Shown here in pieces: positions 36,848-46,522 of a DNA stretch of 64,000 nt. Both the position numbers and the translations under genes were made by a program. Location of the stretch: the IMG/VR virus record IMGVR_UViG_3300021387_000074; one strand, 5' to 3'. This DNA comes from a virus. Its lineage: Duplodnaviria; Heunggongvirae; Uroviricota; Caudoviricetes. Under the pieces are notes generated by a model. That model was not told the DNA's origin. It made no database searches and saw only the letters and a program-made list of their open reading frames with translations. Numbering within the stretch: the stretch's first letter is position 1; each line of letters opens with the position of its first letter.

Positions 36848-37232
36848 CTTCTACTCCTTTGTTATAAGCATTAATTACTATTTCTTTGATTTGCGGCATG
36901 ATTTGTTCCCAATATATTTCAGCAGGTGTCATTTCTTCAATGGTTCCGCCAAAATCTGATACATACGCAACTGACGTTGGTTTGTCTTTATTAAACCAAC
37001 AAAGACACCAATTCCAGTGATCATCTTCTTCTATGGTATAAACGTCGTACCCTTTGCATTCTTTAATTGTTACTAGTTTATCGCAATACTTATACATTTC
37101 GGGTATAAAATCATATCCAAGAACTCGGAATATATATCGTTTAGCGCCGCTTTCTGCTACCGAGTTTTCAGCAATCTCTTCTATTTCTTTAAGCGACTTA
37201 ACCCAAACTTTGTCGCCAGGTTTAAGACTCAT
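36828..37232 (-). CDS. paralog family member (MSLKPGDKVWVKSLKEIEEI ... SDFGG)
   Basis: Conserved family blocks. Confidence 0.55.
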   Translation of the reverse strand: MSLKPGDKVWVKSLKEIEEIAENSVAESGAKRYIFRVLGYDFIPEMYKYCDKLVTIKECKGYDVYTIEEDDHWNWCLCWFNKDKPTSVAYVSDFGGTIEEMTPAEIYWEQIMPQIKEIVINAYNKGVEDGKNNS

Positions 37233-37589
37233 TTACGCCTCCCTTTCGTCAGGTGTTCCACTAAAGTCTGACACAAACTCTTGCTCTGGACTTAACCATT
37301 TTTCATTCCAAACATAATTTTGAATTTCTCTAGTATCTTCATATCTATGTTCAGTCATTTTACTTGCAATGTTAAGTCGATATGATGGTTCTTCCTCGTC
37401 AACAATATAAGCCACAAAGAAAGTTTTTCCGCAAAAAGGTGGCATGTAACCTTTATTAAAGATAGTATGAGAATAATCAAATTTAATATAGTCTTCTGAA
37501 ATAGAAGTATGATATGTACCGCTATTTAAGATCTCTTCAAACGATTTAATAGTTACTTTATCGCCAACCTTGAATTTCATCTTACTCAC
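37233..37589 (-). CDS. paralog family member, C-terminally shorter
   Basis: 'MSKMKFKVGDKVTIKSFEEIL...FVSDFSGTPDEREA' lacks the C-terminal helical block found in siblings. Confidence 0.5.
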   Translation of the reverse strand: MSKMKFKVGDKVTIKSFEEILNSGTYHTSISEDYIKFDYSHTIFNKGYMPPFCGKTFFVAYIVDEEEPSYRLNIASKMTEHRYEDTREIQNYVWNEKWLSPEQEFVSDFSGTPDEREA

Positions 37590-38151
37590 CTCGGCTTTTC
37601 ATTTCTTCATTATAAGCATTTACCACAACTTCCTTTAGCTGTGGTAAAATACTATAAAAAAACTTTTCTGCATCTGATAGATTTTCTTCTGAACCACCAA
37701 AATCTGAAACAAACATTGGTTCTTCTTCATCTTCAAACTGTTCGGAAGATGCTGCTGGGTCTACATTTGTCAGCCAGCCACCATACCAATAAAATTGTTC
37801 GGAATCTTCGCGAATGCGAAAAACGTATTCACCGCCATCAGTCTTTTCTTCAATTTTGGTAGGCGTTACTTTCTTGCCGCAAAACTTCATCATATCTTCA
37901 AGAAAAGTATAATGGCAATCACCATCAAAAGAAAAAGTTTTATCTTCTATGTGCTTTGCCATATCAGCCAAAACTGCATATGGCTTAACCCAAATCTTTT
38001 CATCGTCGAACTTAACCTTAGTGGCAGTAATATCAGTCTTTTTCTTCCGCATTGAAATCGTCCTTGTTGATAATAGTAGGAATAAAACTTCCATACATCC
38101 AAGTTCCAGGTACTGGAACAAAGCACTGATCTTGAACACGCTTTTCACCAA
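37582..38151 (-). CDS. divergent paralog family member
   Basis: C-terminal 'FVSDFGGSEENLSDAEKFFYSILPQLKEVVVNAYNEE' matches the family C-block. Confidence 0.5.
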   Translation of the reverse strand: MVKSVFKISALFQYLELGCMEVLFLLLSTRTISMRKKKTDITATKVKFDDEKIWVKPYAVLADMAKHIEDKTFSFDGDCHYTFLEDMMKFCGKKVTPTKIEEKTDGGEYVFRIREDSEQFYWYGGWLTNVDPAASSEQFEDEEEPMFVSDFGGSEENLSDAEKFFYSILPQLKEVVVNAYNEEMKSRGE

Positions 38152-38971
38152 CTGTTAAAGCATAATCAAGATTTGCATCAACATAATCAGCAAAACCGTG
38201 AACTGGGTCGTTCTTACCAAGTTTCTTAAAGAAAGCAGCTGCATCACCAAGACAAGTTCTTTTAACTAACGTATGATAGCCACCATTAGTTTTGATAATA
38301 AAGTAATTGCCTTTACCGAAAGCCTTTTCGTGAAGGTCTCGCAAAATCTTTTCTGCGAACTCTCTGTTTTCTTTTTCTTTATATGTTTCATTCAAATCAA
38401 AATCATAATGAATGAATACTTTTTCTGTGCTTTGTGCATAAATAGATTTTGATTTCTTTGCAATACCAGCCATTTTTTCAAGCTGTCCTTTGATACCATT
38501 AGTGTTACCAAAGTTTATTGTTCTTTCACAGGCTTCAACTGTCTGAGAAACAATTTCGTGTGCATACTTAATAAGTTCGTTTGCAACTTTTACTTCATCA
38601 GAAGGTTCGGCATAAATCATAACTGCCAAACTTTTATCAGGATAAGCGTAGCCATTCTTTGTAATCATACCACGTTTAGGACATTCATATTTGTAGATAT
38701 GTGTAAGGAATTCTTCAAAAGACCAAATGCGATCTTTGCCACGAGGAGAAATAATCTCTTCTCGCATCATAACACCATCAGAACCTGAAATACCAAAAGT
38801 TTCTCTTTCTTCTTTGTTAAGTTTCTTTGGTCTTGTAGCGATACACATAAGATAAGATTTTCTTATGTTTTCTTTTGACAAATCTCTTAATACATTTTCA
38901 AAGAACCAAGCCAACTCTGATGGGTCGGCAACAAATTTATAATTACCTTCAAGTGATTCTGATTTAGTCAT
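38033..38971 (-). CDS. hypothetical protein (312 aa)
   Basis: Long ORF. No motif recognised. Confidence 0.5.
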   Translation of the reverse strand: MTKSESLEGNYKFVADPSELAWFFENVLRDLSKENIRKSYLMCIATRPKKLNKEERETFGISGSDGVMMREEIISPRGKDRIWSFEEFLTHIYKYECPKRGMITKNGYAYPDKSLAVMIYAEPSDEVKVANELIKYAHEIVSQTVEACERTINFGNTNGIKGQLEKMAGIAKKSKSIYAQSTEKVFIHYDFDLNETYKEKENREFAEKILRDLHEKAFGKGNYFIIKTNGGYHTLVKRTCLGDAAAFFKKLGKNDPVHGFADYVDANLDYALTVGEKRVQDQCFVPVPGTWMYGSFIPTIINKDDFNAEEKD

Positions 38972-39414
38972 TTTTTTATCCCCCTATATTCCTTTATAGC
39001 ATGTATTAAATCGTAAAATATACATTCATTTCTACTGCATTCTGAGCATTCTGTATCCAAGCAAGTTTTTGCATCTCCTTCTAAGGCAAGAATCTTATTT
39101 ATAAAAACTCTTTCTCGCGGAGCATCTGTGAAAGAAGAAACGTAGCAATGCTCCTCACTAGTTTCTACTAGTTCTAACCATCTCTCTATAAAGTTCCATT
39201 CTCTTGAGTCGCCAACAAATCTGTAACTACCATTGTCACAAACTTCTTTTATTACATATTCCTTTCCGCAAAAAGAATACATGCTGGAAGCAAAGCGCAT
39301 TTCACTATATGTACCATTGTCGCAATAATACTCAGCATTATCGAAATCATTTAAAGTTTCTCTTATTTCTTCAGCTGATTTTACACGAACTTTATCACCA
39401 ACCTTAAAATTCAC
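38968..39414 (-). CDS. paralog family member (MNFKVGDKVRVKSAEEIRE)
   Basis: N-terminal family block, plus a Cys-rich C-terminus. Confidence 0.55.
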   Translation of the reverse strand: MNFKVGDKVRVKSAEEIRETLNDFDNAEYYCDNGTYSEMRFASSMYSFCGKEYVIKEVCDNGSYRFVGDSREWNFIERWLELVETSEEHCYVSSFTDAPRERVFINKILALEGDAKTCLDTECSECSRNECIFYDLIHAIKEYRGIKK

Positions 39415-39420
39415 CTTTTG

Positions 39421-39485
39421 CCTCCGTATGCTAAAATTATACCATAAAAGTGAAAAAAAGTAAAGCCCACCGATTTGGTGGGCTT
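39421..39485 (-). terminator. conserved terminator-promoter cassette (copy 4)
   Basis: + strand reads 'ctaaaattataccataaaagtgaaaaaaagtaaagcccaccgatttggtgggctt'. Confidence 0.6.
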
Positions 39486-39503
39486 ATTTAATAGGAGGTA
39501 ATT

Positions 39504-40334
39504 CTAAATATGACAATCAACCAACGTGATATAATAATCAGGGTGGTCTTTGACGTACTGTATAAACCAATCTTCATACTTACGCTGGTCTTCGGAGCTT
39601 TCAGAAGAGCTGAACCAATGCATTTCGCCTGGTGCAACCCATTCACCGTCAGGTGTTACCACCGCGTAAGGACAAGTGCGTGTAGAACGTAAGATATAAT
39701 CATCTCTTGATTCATAACGATCTGTATAATATTCTTTTTTATAAAAAGAAAATCCAAAATGATTTTCCTTTTCTTCTTCAGTTTGCTCAGCACCTTCAAC
39801 AACGATATCCCAAAAACGTGCTGCGGCGTCGAGTTCTTCTTTGGTTCCTTCCCATTGAATTTCATCGAGCTTTGCAGAGTTTACTGTTTTTGTAGGATCT
39901 TCTTTGAGTTTGAAATATCCATCCCAACGACCGCCAATAGTATACCAGTCCCATTTTGATTTTGGGTTATAAGTTGAGAGTTCATTACCATTCTCATCAT
40001 AACGGTCATCATCGTCGCCATCACGATACCACTGATAAATCTCTTCATCAGTTTTTTCATACAATTCCAAACGTTCTTTGACGTAATCAGTTAATTCATC
40101 ACTGTCTTCTTTAAGCCAATAAGTACGATATTTCTCAGTGTCGTAAGTTCCATTGGCGTAAGCTTCCATATCTTTCTTTAAACTCTCAACGCTTTCGCGG
40201 AAGCTTTTGATAATTTCTTCCTTTGTTTGGTAGATATATGGCTCTACTTCAATGTTTTCGTCAAACGGAGCGAGGAGTTCATCAATAGCAGATTCACCAC
40301 CTTCTTTTGTAATTACAGCAACTGTATAATGCAT
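39504..40334 (-). CDS. hypothetical acidic protein
   Basis: 276-aa ORF. Confidence 0.5.
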   Translation of the reverse strand: MHYTVAVITKEGGESAIDELLAPFDENIEVEPYIYQTKEEIIKSFRESVESLKKDMEAYANGTYDTEKYRTYWLKEDSDELTDYVKERLELYEKTDEEIYQWYRDGDDDDRYDENGNELSTYNPKSKWDWYTIGGRWDGYFKLKEDPTKTVNSAKLDEIQWEGTKEELDAAARFWDIVVEGAEQTEEEKENHFGFSFYKKEYYTDRYESRDDYILRSTRTCPYAVVTPDGEWVAPGEMHWFSSSESSEDQRKYEDWFIQYVKDHPDYYITLVDCHI

Positions 40335-40510
40335 AGGCTACTCCTTATCAAGTTTATTGAGCTCTTCAACAGTCTGAGAATCCTTACGCTTGAAAGCACC
40401 AAAAACCTTATCTACAAAATTTGCTACTTTATCTCCAACACTTGGGAACTTTGTTGAGATAGCCCAATAACCAACAGCAAAAACTGCTACAATTCCAATA
40501 ATAGCAAATA

Positions 40511-40954
40511 CTACCATATATCCTCCACTTTGTCTAATGCATTTATAATGTTATCAATGAAAACCTGATCAATTTCAACGTTTTCATTCCAAATGTCTCT
40601 TTTGAATTTATCATAGGCTATATTGAAAGCCGCACCAAAACACTGATTAACAGCATTAATCATCATTCGACACTGAACAGACTCAATATCATGATGATAG
40701 TCGTTAGGCTCAAACTCGAACCATTCTGGCTCACCAAAGTTGCAGCGATACCAGCTCTGATATTCTTCAAAATCTTCAAAGAACTTTTTTATAAATTCTT
40801 TCGCCTCATAACGAGAGCAAAACCAAGAGCCATTAGCATTTTCATTTTCTGTAAGAGTGTAACCTAAATCGCAAGGATAATGATGTTGTCCAAGCCAATT
40901 AGGAAGTCTTTCTTTTACTTCTTGTTTTACCAAGTCTATAAAATCTTTACTCAT
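40511..40954 (-). CDS. hypothetical protein
   Basis: 147-aa ORF. Confidence 0.45.
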   Translation of the reverse strand: MSKDFIDLVKQEVKERLPNWLGQHHYPCDLGYTLTENENANGSWFCSRYEAKEFIKKFFEDFEEYQSWYRCNFGEPEWFEFEPNDYHHDIESVQCRMMINAVNQCFGAAFNIAYDKFKRDIWNENVEIDQVFIDNIINALDKVEDIW

Positions 40955-41178
40955 TGCCCTACCTCCCTCCAGCCACGCTGTTTTATTACGTCTTTAACCG
41001 CATCAATTGCGGCATTTAATTTTGCCTTCATCTCTTTAAGATCTGAGGCACCAACTTCAATTCCGTAATAGCATAAACCGCTAGTGTTTCTATGAAATTC
41101 TACTCGATAGTTAATCTCGTTTGGAACATCGCTGAAGCTTTCAACTTCTTGTGGAGCAGATTGAACCTTCCCTCTCAT
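40951..41178 (-). CDS. hypothetical protein
   Basis: 75-aa ORF whose stop overlaps the next start. Confidence 0.4.
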   Translation of the reverse strand: MRGKVQSAPQEVESFSDVPNEINYRVEFHRNTSGLCYYGIEVGASDLKEMKAKLNAAIDAVKDVIKQRGWREVGQ

Positions 41179-41678
41179 TAAACCTCCTTTACGGAGATAG
41201 TAATGTTAGGAAATTCTTTTGCCCAGCCCTTGCGGTATTCTTCAAGATTGCTCATAAGTGCTTTGAAGTTTTCAAGCATATTATCTGAAACTTCAGCTGG
41301 AACATTCGAACGGTCTACACCATTTTCAATATCCGCTTTAATTCTTCCCTTACACAAATCATTGTCGTAACTATCTTTGAAGATAAGGATTGTTACATCC
41401 TGCTTATACAAAGCAGCAATTTCAAGAACGGCGCGGATTGATGAGTTATGGAGTGATGTAGCATCAAACCAAATCTCTTCTCTTTCTTCTGAGCAGAATT
41501 CTCTCAAAGAAGCATACGCCATTTCCCAAACTTTTTTATTTCTTGATTGATCGTTTACGTTTCCGCAAATCTGTTTCCTGATTGTGTCAGGGTTTATATA
41601 AAACGGAGTCTCTCCGCAATTATTTTTGTAATAAGTTGATTTACCTGAACCAGGCACCCCTACAGTTAATCTAACCAT
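41178..41678 (-). CDS. P-loop kinase (nucleotide/nucleoside-kinase family; polynucleotide 5'-kinase-like)
   Basis: 'GVPGSGKST' P-loop and 'INPDTIR' parallel the T4 Pnkp kinase 'GCPGSGKST' and 'INRDDYR'. Size is 166 aa. Confidence 0.65.
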   Translation of the reverse strand: MVRLTVGVPGSGKSTYYKNNCGETPFYINPDTIRKQICGNVNDQSRNKKVWEMAYASLREFCSEEREEIWFDATSLHNSSIRAVLEIAALYKQDVTILIFKDSYDNDLCKGRIKADIENGVDRSNVPAEVSDNMLENFKALMSNLEEYRKGWAKEFPNITISVKEV

Positions 41679-41850
41679 TGCACTCTCCCACTATTTTATC
41701 TGTTAAGGCAATTATGTCTTTGCCAGCCATATTAGGATACTTCTTGTTGAAATACCAAATGACAGCAATTTTGTCTTTCTTTTCTTTGAAAATCTTTTTT
41801 GCTTTACGCAAGATTAAAACATCTTTTACGCTCATCATTTGCCTCCTTTT

Positions 41851-41910
41851 CTATAAAAATTATACCACAAGTCTATAAAAAAGTAAAGCCCACCAATTTG
41901 GTGGGCTTAT
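41851..41910 (-). terminator. conserved terminator-promoter cassette (copy 5)
   Basis: + strand reads 'ctataaaaattataccacaagtctataaaaaagtaaagcccaccaatttggtgggctt'. Confidence 0.6.
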
Positions 41911-42371
41911 AAGTTTCGCAAATTACTAAGGCGAGCTCTCGCTATATTACCTGCTTGCCTGGATGCGGCTCTGTTCGAGAGTTAATCCTAAGTCAGTACG
42001 TTTATTCCCAACTTGTATAATTCGTTCCCGAATGTATTAAGAACCTTGCTCCACCATTTTCCATAATCTGTTGATCTTATAACTGCTTTTCACTTGGCTG
42101 TGATTCACGCAGAAAGCAATCAAGCGTTTTTTACTTTTCCATATTGTAATACATATAAATCAGGTGCTTACTTTTCTAAAAGAGTAAAAGAACTTTTAGT
42201 TAGTTTAAGCAATTTCCCCATTCAGAGTGGTTGCCACACCAACAACAAACACTAACTTCTCTGAATAATCTCCATCAGTATTTGTTTCTCCTATGGTTTT
42301 TCCTTTAGTCATCTTCTTCTCTCATGGAGAAGCTTTCTACCTTAATGGAACGCCCAAAAAGGCTGACAAGT

Positions 42372-42452
42372 CGGCTCGGAGGGATTTGAACCCTCAATCC
42401 TTTCGGCGTCTGGGCTTAAACCAGATGTGAATTCCAGTTCCACCACGAGCCG
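42372..42452 (-). tRNA. tRNA-Leu (UAA), type II
   Basis: 81 nt. Acceptor CGGCTCG/CGAGCCG. Anticodon arm TCTGG-UUUAAGC-CCAGA. T-arm GAGGG-TTCAAAT-CCCTC. Confidence 0.6.
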
Positions 42453-42459
42453 AAATAGT

Positions 42460-42500
42460 CGGTCGGCAGGGATTCGAACCCCACTTTCTTCTTTATTCTC
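42460..42500 (-). ncRNA. tRNA 3'-half/minihelix-like element
   Basis: GGGG-TTCGAAT-CCCTG T-arm plus acceptor strand. The nearest 5' complement is about 150 nt away, across a hairpin-rich spacer. Confidence 0.3.
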
Positions 42501-42698
42501 ATGAATACTTTTGATTGAACTTTAAGGAAGTTCATAGCATCCCTTAATTCTTTACCTATCCTTTTCACTACCTTCAGAACTCCATACACTAAGCACTATG
42601 AATGCATCATGTCGACCGTTAAAATTGGGCGAGGTGTATAACCAAGTCCCGTGTGTTTACCAATTTCACCACACCCCTCACGGATTGCTATCCTTTAG

Positions 42699-42750
42699 AG
42701 AGATGGCAGGGCTCGAACCTGCAGTGTCGGGATTTTACCATTTGCTTTAA
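42699..42750 (-). ncRNA. tRNA 3'-half-like element enclosed by the bipartite box motif
   Basis: GCAGG-TTCGAGC-CCTGC T-arm. Only about 28 nt lie 5' of it before the TGTTCCTAT motif. Confidence 0.3.
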
Positions 42751-42780
42751 AAAATAGGAACACCCTTTGCCTAAAATAGT

Positions 42781-42830
42781 AGGAATGGAGGGAGTCGAAC
42801 CCCCATTTGCAAAATTGCTTTTGCGGAGCT
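42781..42830 (-). ncRNA. tRNA 3'-half-like element
   Basis: GGGGG-TTCGACT-CCCTC T-arm. No 5' acceptor partner within 100 nt. Confidence 0.3.
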
Positions 42831-42968
42831 GAACCTTCGGTAATTTACGTTATAACTTTCAGATTCAGTGAGTGTCTTGCATCACTCTTCATACTCTCAC
42901 GACATACAGCTGATACTTCGCTACCCTTTGAGCCTTTGGCTTTCCAACGCTGCCAACATTCCCATTTA

Positions 42969-43049
42969 GGAGAGGTGGGAGTTGAACCCACATCCACCAA
43001 TTACAAGCATTATACTGGACGGTTTATAAGACCGCGCTGATACTCTCCT
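42969..43049 (-). tRNA. noncanonical tRNA-like gene (possible anticodon loop CUUAUAA)
   Basis: Perfect acceptor AGGAGAG/CTCTCCT and T-arm GTGGG-TTCAACT-CCCAC. The D-arm and anticodon-arm spacing is not canonical. Confidence 0.4.
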
Positions 43050-43073
43050 ATATTTGCCCTTTCGGGCAAATCG

Positions 43074-45005
43074 TTAAGCAAACAACTTAATCAAATCATC
43101 TTTCGATGGGTTTGACAAGTCGATAAGCTCAATGTCATCTTCTGTCAACGGAATCATTTTGGTTTCGTCGTCAGGATCTGGAACCATTAAAGGTTCGTAG
43201 ATGACGTTAGCCCCTGCTTTCTCTAAGAGAGGCTTCAAGTCCACATAGGACTCAACTTTATTCCTCATCTGCTGCTGAATAATATCAGCGGCTGTACTTG
43301 TGGAAACTCTCTGTGCTCCTGCGGCAAGGTCAGCAAGAACAATCTTGTTGTTTGTTACAACACCAATCTTCTTCAAGCCACCGTCCTTAAACTCGAGCTC
43401 TGTTTCAAACACGATGTCGTTAGGATCTACCATATAGGCTTTACCACTTGAGCTCCAACCATGATGGTTGCAGAACTTAGACTTATCAATATCCTCGTTA
43501 GCAACGAGAATCTTGAATTTACACTTACCATTACCACTGTAAACGTTTACACCGATGTTTCCATCAACAGCTTCCTTGCCCACATAGAACAATTCAGTTG
43601 CTTCTGGGTCGGCATTTGTCATATCACCTGAGAAAACAAGTGTATGATTTTCGTCGTAGTAATCAGAACACCAACCATAGCGGTTGCCATTCTTATCAGT
43701 GTACCACAAGTCGAGGTCTCTCGCTCCCCATTCGTTTCTCCAATAGATGCCAAATATGTTATGGTCACCCTTCATAGGAACGTAAGAACCGAATGGTAAG
43801 TTACCAATAAAGTTTTTCTCTGAGGTAGGGCAAGAGAGTTCAACACCCTTTGGCAACATTACATTGTAGCCACTTACCTTTCCAGCCAAAGACTTAACAA
43901 CAGATTCTTCAATAAGATTGTACAACTTTACGAGGTAATCTGTATTGCAAGTTGCGATGTAATCATCACGAACAAACATTTTACCATTTCTGATAATGAA
44001 CATTTTACCTTCGCGGTCTTTACCGAGCAGACGTTCCTTGATTGACTGCATCAGCTGAATCTTACGATAGTTGTTAAGATTTTCTACTTCTTTTGACGCC
44101 TTGTACAAAGAAAGTTTTTCATTTCCCTGAGCTGCAGGTGTCAAACAAGTTTCCCAAAATCCCTTTACCAATGGCTTATGGTAAGCATCGGCATATTTAC
44201 GGATTTTGTTTACTGCCTTGTTGTTGGCAGCAGTTCCCTTCATAGCAAGGAAGATTGGCTTGTATCTGTGGAAGATTCTTGAAAGGATCTTCAACTGATT
44301 GTCTTTCAGAGTAGAGAGGTCGAAACTTCCCCTCTGATTGTACTGAAAACCGTTCTTTCCCTTGATTGTATAAAGGGTGTTCGCATCCTTAATGAGAGTA
44401 GCGGCACCTGTGTAGCGATAAACGATACAACGAAGCATTCCGAACTCATCTCTTGGAAGAATTCCAAGTTTCTCAGAAAGGATAGCCTGGGCTTCTTTAT
44501 TGCTGACTTCATCAAGATTCACATCTTTAATGAACCCATACTCAGTGAAGTATTCAACAATAACATCAATGGTTTCAGGCTTGAGTGCGATGCCACTTTT
44601 AAGCATTCCCATACATTTGTCAAAGATTTCCTTTGGTTCAGCGGGAGTGATAACTTTGAAATGGTCGTAAGGAATTACGACTGGTTCATCGTTTGGAACA
44701 TAACCATTTCCAAGAGCGAAGTCTGTTCCATAAGTTGTGGCGTAATGGAGGATCTGATCGACAAGCAACTCGAAACGATTCTTTGTTGTGATGTCGCTCC
44801 ATTCTTTATAAAATGTTGAGTTCGGATTGAAAGACTGCTCCTTCAACCAAGCAACAACATCTTTTGTGCAGCATTCAGGATGGATAATATACCCATACTT
44901 CATTGACTGCTCATTTACTTTAGCAAAGTTCTTTTCAGCACCTGGTTCTCTTAAAGCCAAGTGAAACATCGAAATAAGTTTAGTATTCATAACGATTTCC
45001 CCCAA
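43074..45005 (-). CDS. large hypothetical protein (643 aa)
   Basis: Long uninterrupted ORF flanked on both sides by tRNA/ncRNA clusters. No motif recognised by eye. Confidence 0.55.
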   Translation of the reverse strand: MGEIVMNTKLISMFHLALREPGAEKNFAKVNEQSMKYGYIIHPECCTKDVVAWLKEQSFNPNSTFYKEWSDITTKNRFELLVDQILHYATTYGTDFALGNGYVPNDEPVVIPYDHFKVITPAEPKEIFDKCMGMLKSGIALKPETIDVIVEYFTEYGFIKDVNLDEVSNKEAQAILSEKLGILPRDEFGMLRCIVYRYTGAATLIKDANTLYTIKGKNGFQYNQRGSFDLSTLKDNQLKILSRIFHRYKPIFLAMKGTAANNKAVNKIRKYADAYHKPLVKGFWETCLTPAAQGNEKLSLYKASKEVENLNNYRKIQLMQSIKERLLGKDREGKMFIIRNGKMFVRDDYIATCNTDYLVKLYNLIEESVVKSLAGKVSGYNVMLPKGVELSCPTSEKNFIGNLPFGSYVPMKGDHNIFGIYWRNEWGARDLDLWYTDKNGNRYGWCSDYYDENHTLVFSGDMTNADPEATELFYVGKEAVDGNIGVNVYSGNGKCKFKILVANEDIDKSKFCNHHGWSSSGKAYMVDPNDIVFETELEFKDGGLKKIGVVTNNKIVLADLAAGAQRVSTSTAADIIQQQMRNKVESYVDLKPLLEKAGANVIYEPLMVPDPDDETKMIPLTEDDIELIDLSNPSKDDLIKLFA

Positions 45006-45073
45006 TTATGAAAAAAGGCGAGGTGTATAATTCTTCATAAACGCTGAAATAAATAGGAACACCTTGTGCCATT

Positions 45074-45102
45074 TAATAATCTAATTATAACACGAAAATA
45101 AA
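45074..45102 (-). promoter_or_regulatory. consensus sigma70-type promoter with extended -10
   Basis: The minus strand reads cTTGACAaatttttattttcgTGtTATAAT, with a 17-nt spacer. Confidence 0.6.
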
Positions 45103-45108
45103 AATTTG

Positions 45109-45507
45109 TCAAGCAACTGAGTAACTAAGTTCCCAATCGCAAGGATCCCAGCCATAGTTGGCATCAACATATTCTCGCAATCTTGTGTCGTATTCATTGA
45201 TTGCCAGATCGAGATTTTTGGCAACGAAAGAATCTCGGCATCTTATACTGAGATTGTCTCGCATCCAATTATGCTGGTAATTATTAAAATTACCACCATT
45301 AAGAGTAATAACGACAACACAGAAATCTTTAATAATGAACTTAGTTGTGTAACTAAAGCATTCACTACTATCGTGATAATACCAAACCTTAGTAGTTATA
45401 TTGATTTCGACATCACCATTGAGAGTTTTAGTAGCAGCACTTTCAAAGCTCTCTACTTCTTTGTATGCAAGCAAAGACATACAACTTCTAAGTTCATCTA
45501 ACTTCAT
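45109..45507 (-). CDS. hypothetical protein
   Basis: 132-aa ORF. Confidence 0.45.
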   Translation of the reverse strand: MKLDELRSCMSLLAYKEVESFESAATKTLNGDVEINITTKVWYYHDSSECFSYTTKFIIKDFCVVVITLNGGNFNNYQHNWMRDNLSIRCRDSFVAKNLDLAINEYDTRLREYVDANYGWDPCDWELSYSVA

Positions 45508-45535
45508 TGTGAAGCCCCCAAAGATAAAATTTTAT

Positions 45536-45607
45536 TTCGCTTATTGGACTCGAACCAATGACCTGCGGATTAATCGTCCGCCGCTCTGCCACCTGAGCTA
45601 AAGCGAT
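45536..45607 (-). tRNA. tRNA-like gene with A1·A72 mismatch and anticodon loop CGAUUAA
   Basis: D-arm GCTC-AGGTGGCA-GAGC. Anticodon stem GCGGA/TCCGC. T-arm ATTGG-TTCGAGT-CCAAT. The anticodon-loop register is unusual (G at position 33). Confidence 0.45.
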
Positions 45608-46038
45608 TCCTAGCACTCGGGAATGTACGCGCGTCTTACCGTCATCATGCTAAACTCTAAATAAATTAATTATACTCTTGCAACCAAGTAGCCTGTCCTA
45701 GCCCTAACGTGTATCATTTACGGTTGCTTTCGTCTCGCAAGCATATTACTTATTTTCGTCGCTGAGACCCTCAAGGTACTTTTACACAGTTCATAGAAAA
45801 TCCTTAAAGACGCCTACTCGCCTTCTTTTCAGAAGGATGCCAAACTCACTTTCTTACTCACCTTCGGTCTATGAGATCAACACTCTTCACTCACTAAATA
45901 AATATGGAACAATTATTTATCTCAACGTAAGTGAAATTAAATTTTTTTGATAAGATTGTACATATCATTGTGCCTCGTCAGTATTGGCTTTACCGCAAAC
46001 ACCCTTTCCTCAGAGCCAAAGATGGGAAAGAACATCTC

Positions 46039-46109
46039 ATTCCTAGCAGGAGTTGAACCTACGTTTTCAGGGTGAGAACCTGATGAACTAACCACTATTC
46101 GATAGGAAC
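46039..46109 (-). tRNA. tRNA-Glu (CUC)
   Basis: Acceptor GTTCCTA/TAGGAAT. D-stem GAAT/GTTC. Anticodon arm TCAGG-UUCUCAC-CCTGA. The 5' end coincides with the TGTTCCTAT box motif. Confidence 0.6.
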
Positions 46110-46522
46110 ATAAAAGGAGTGTTTAAGCACACACTCCGAAAGTGCAGAACTTTTTTGGTTAACTGACGGCTTTTCTTGCCTTTACGCGACCTACTTACGT
46201 TAACCAAGGTGAAGACAACCTTTGGGCGGCTTTAACTTTGCACTGTAAAGCCTTTAAGATCTTGCGTCATACTATATCACATACACTTTCCCGTACTCCA
46301 TAGCAATTTAAGTATGAGCATTGCTACTTCTTAGGGAAGGCTGAAGGAATAGTTGATTAGTCTATCCTTGCCACGCACTACGCTGCGATATGGCGGTTGA
46401 TTTAAACCTACTACCAACAAGTGTCTTTCGACAAGATTCAAGAACCATACAAAACCAAAAACCTTTTGGCGATTCTAATCTCTTTGGTTTTTGAGTTTGT
46501 ACTCCCAATAACCAACAAAAGT

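Noticed and set aside
42460-42620. Possible tmRNA (tRNA-like end plus internal sequence)
   Set aside because: There is no tag-peptide reading frame ending in ...AA-stop. The putative acceptor pairing spans only about 158 nt, and pseudoknot-sized segments are missing. Intron-containing tRNA or decayed tRNA is more likely.
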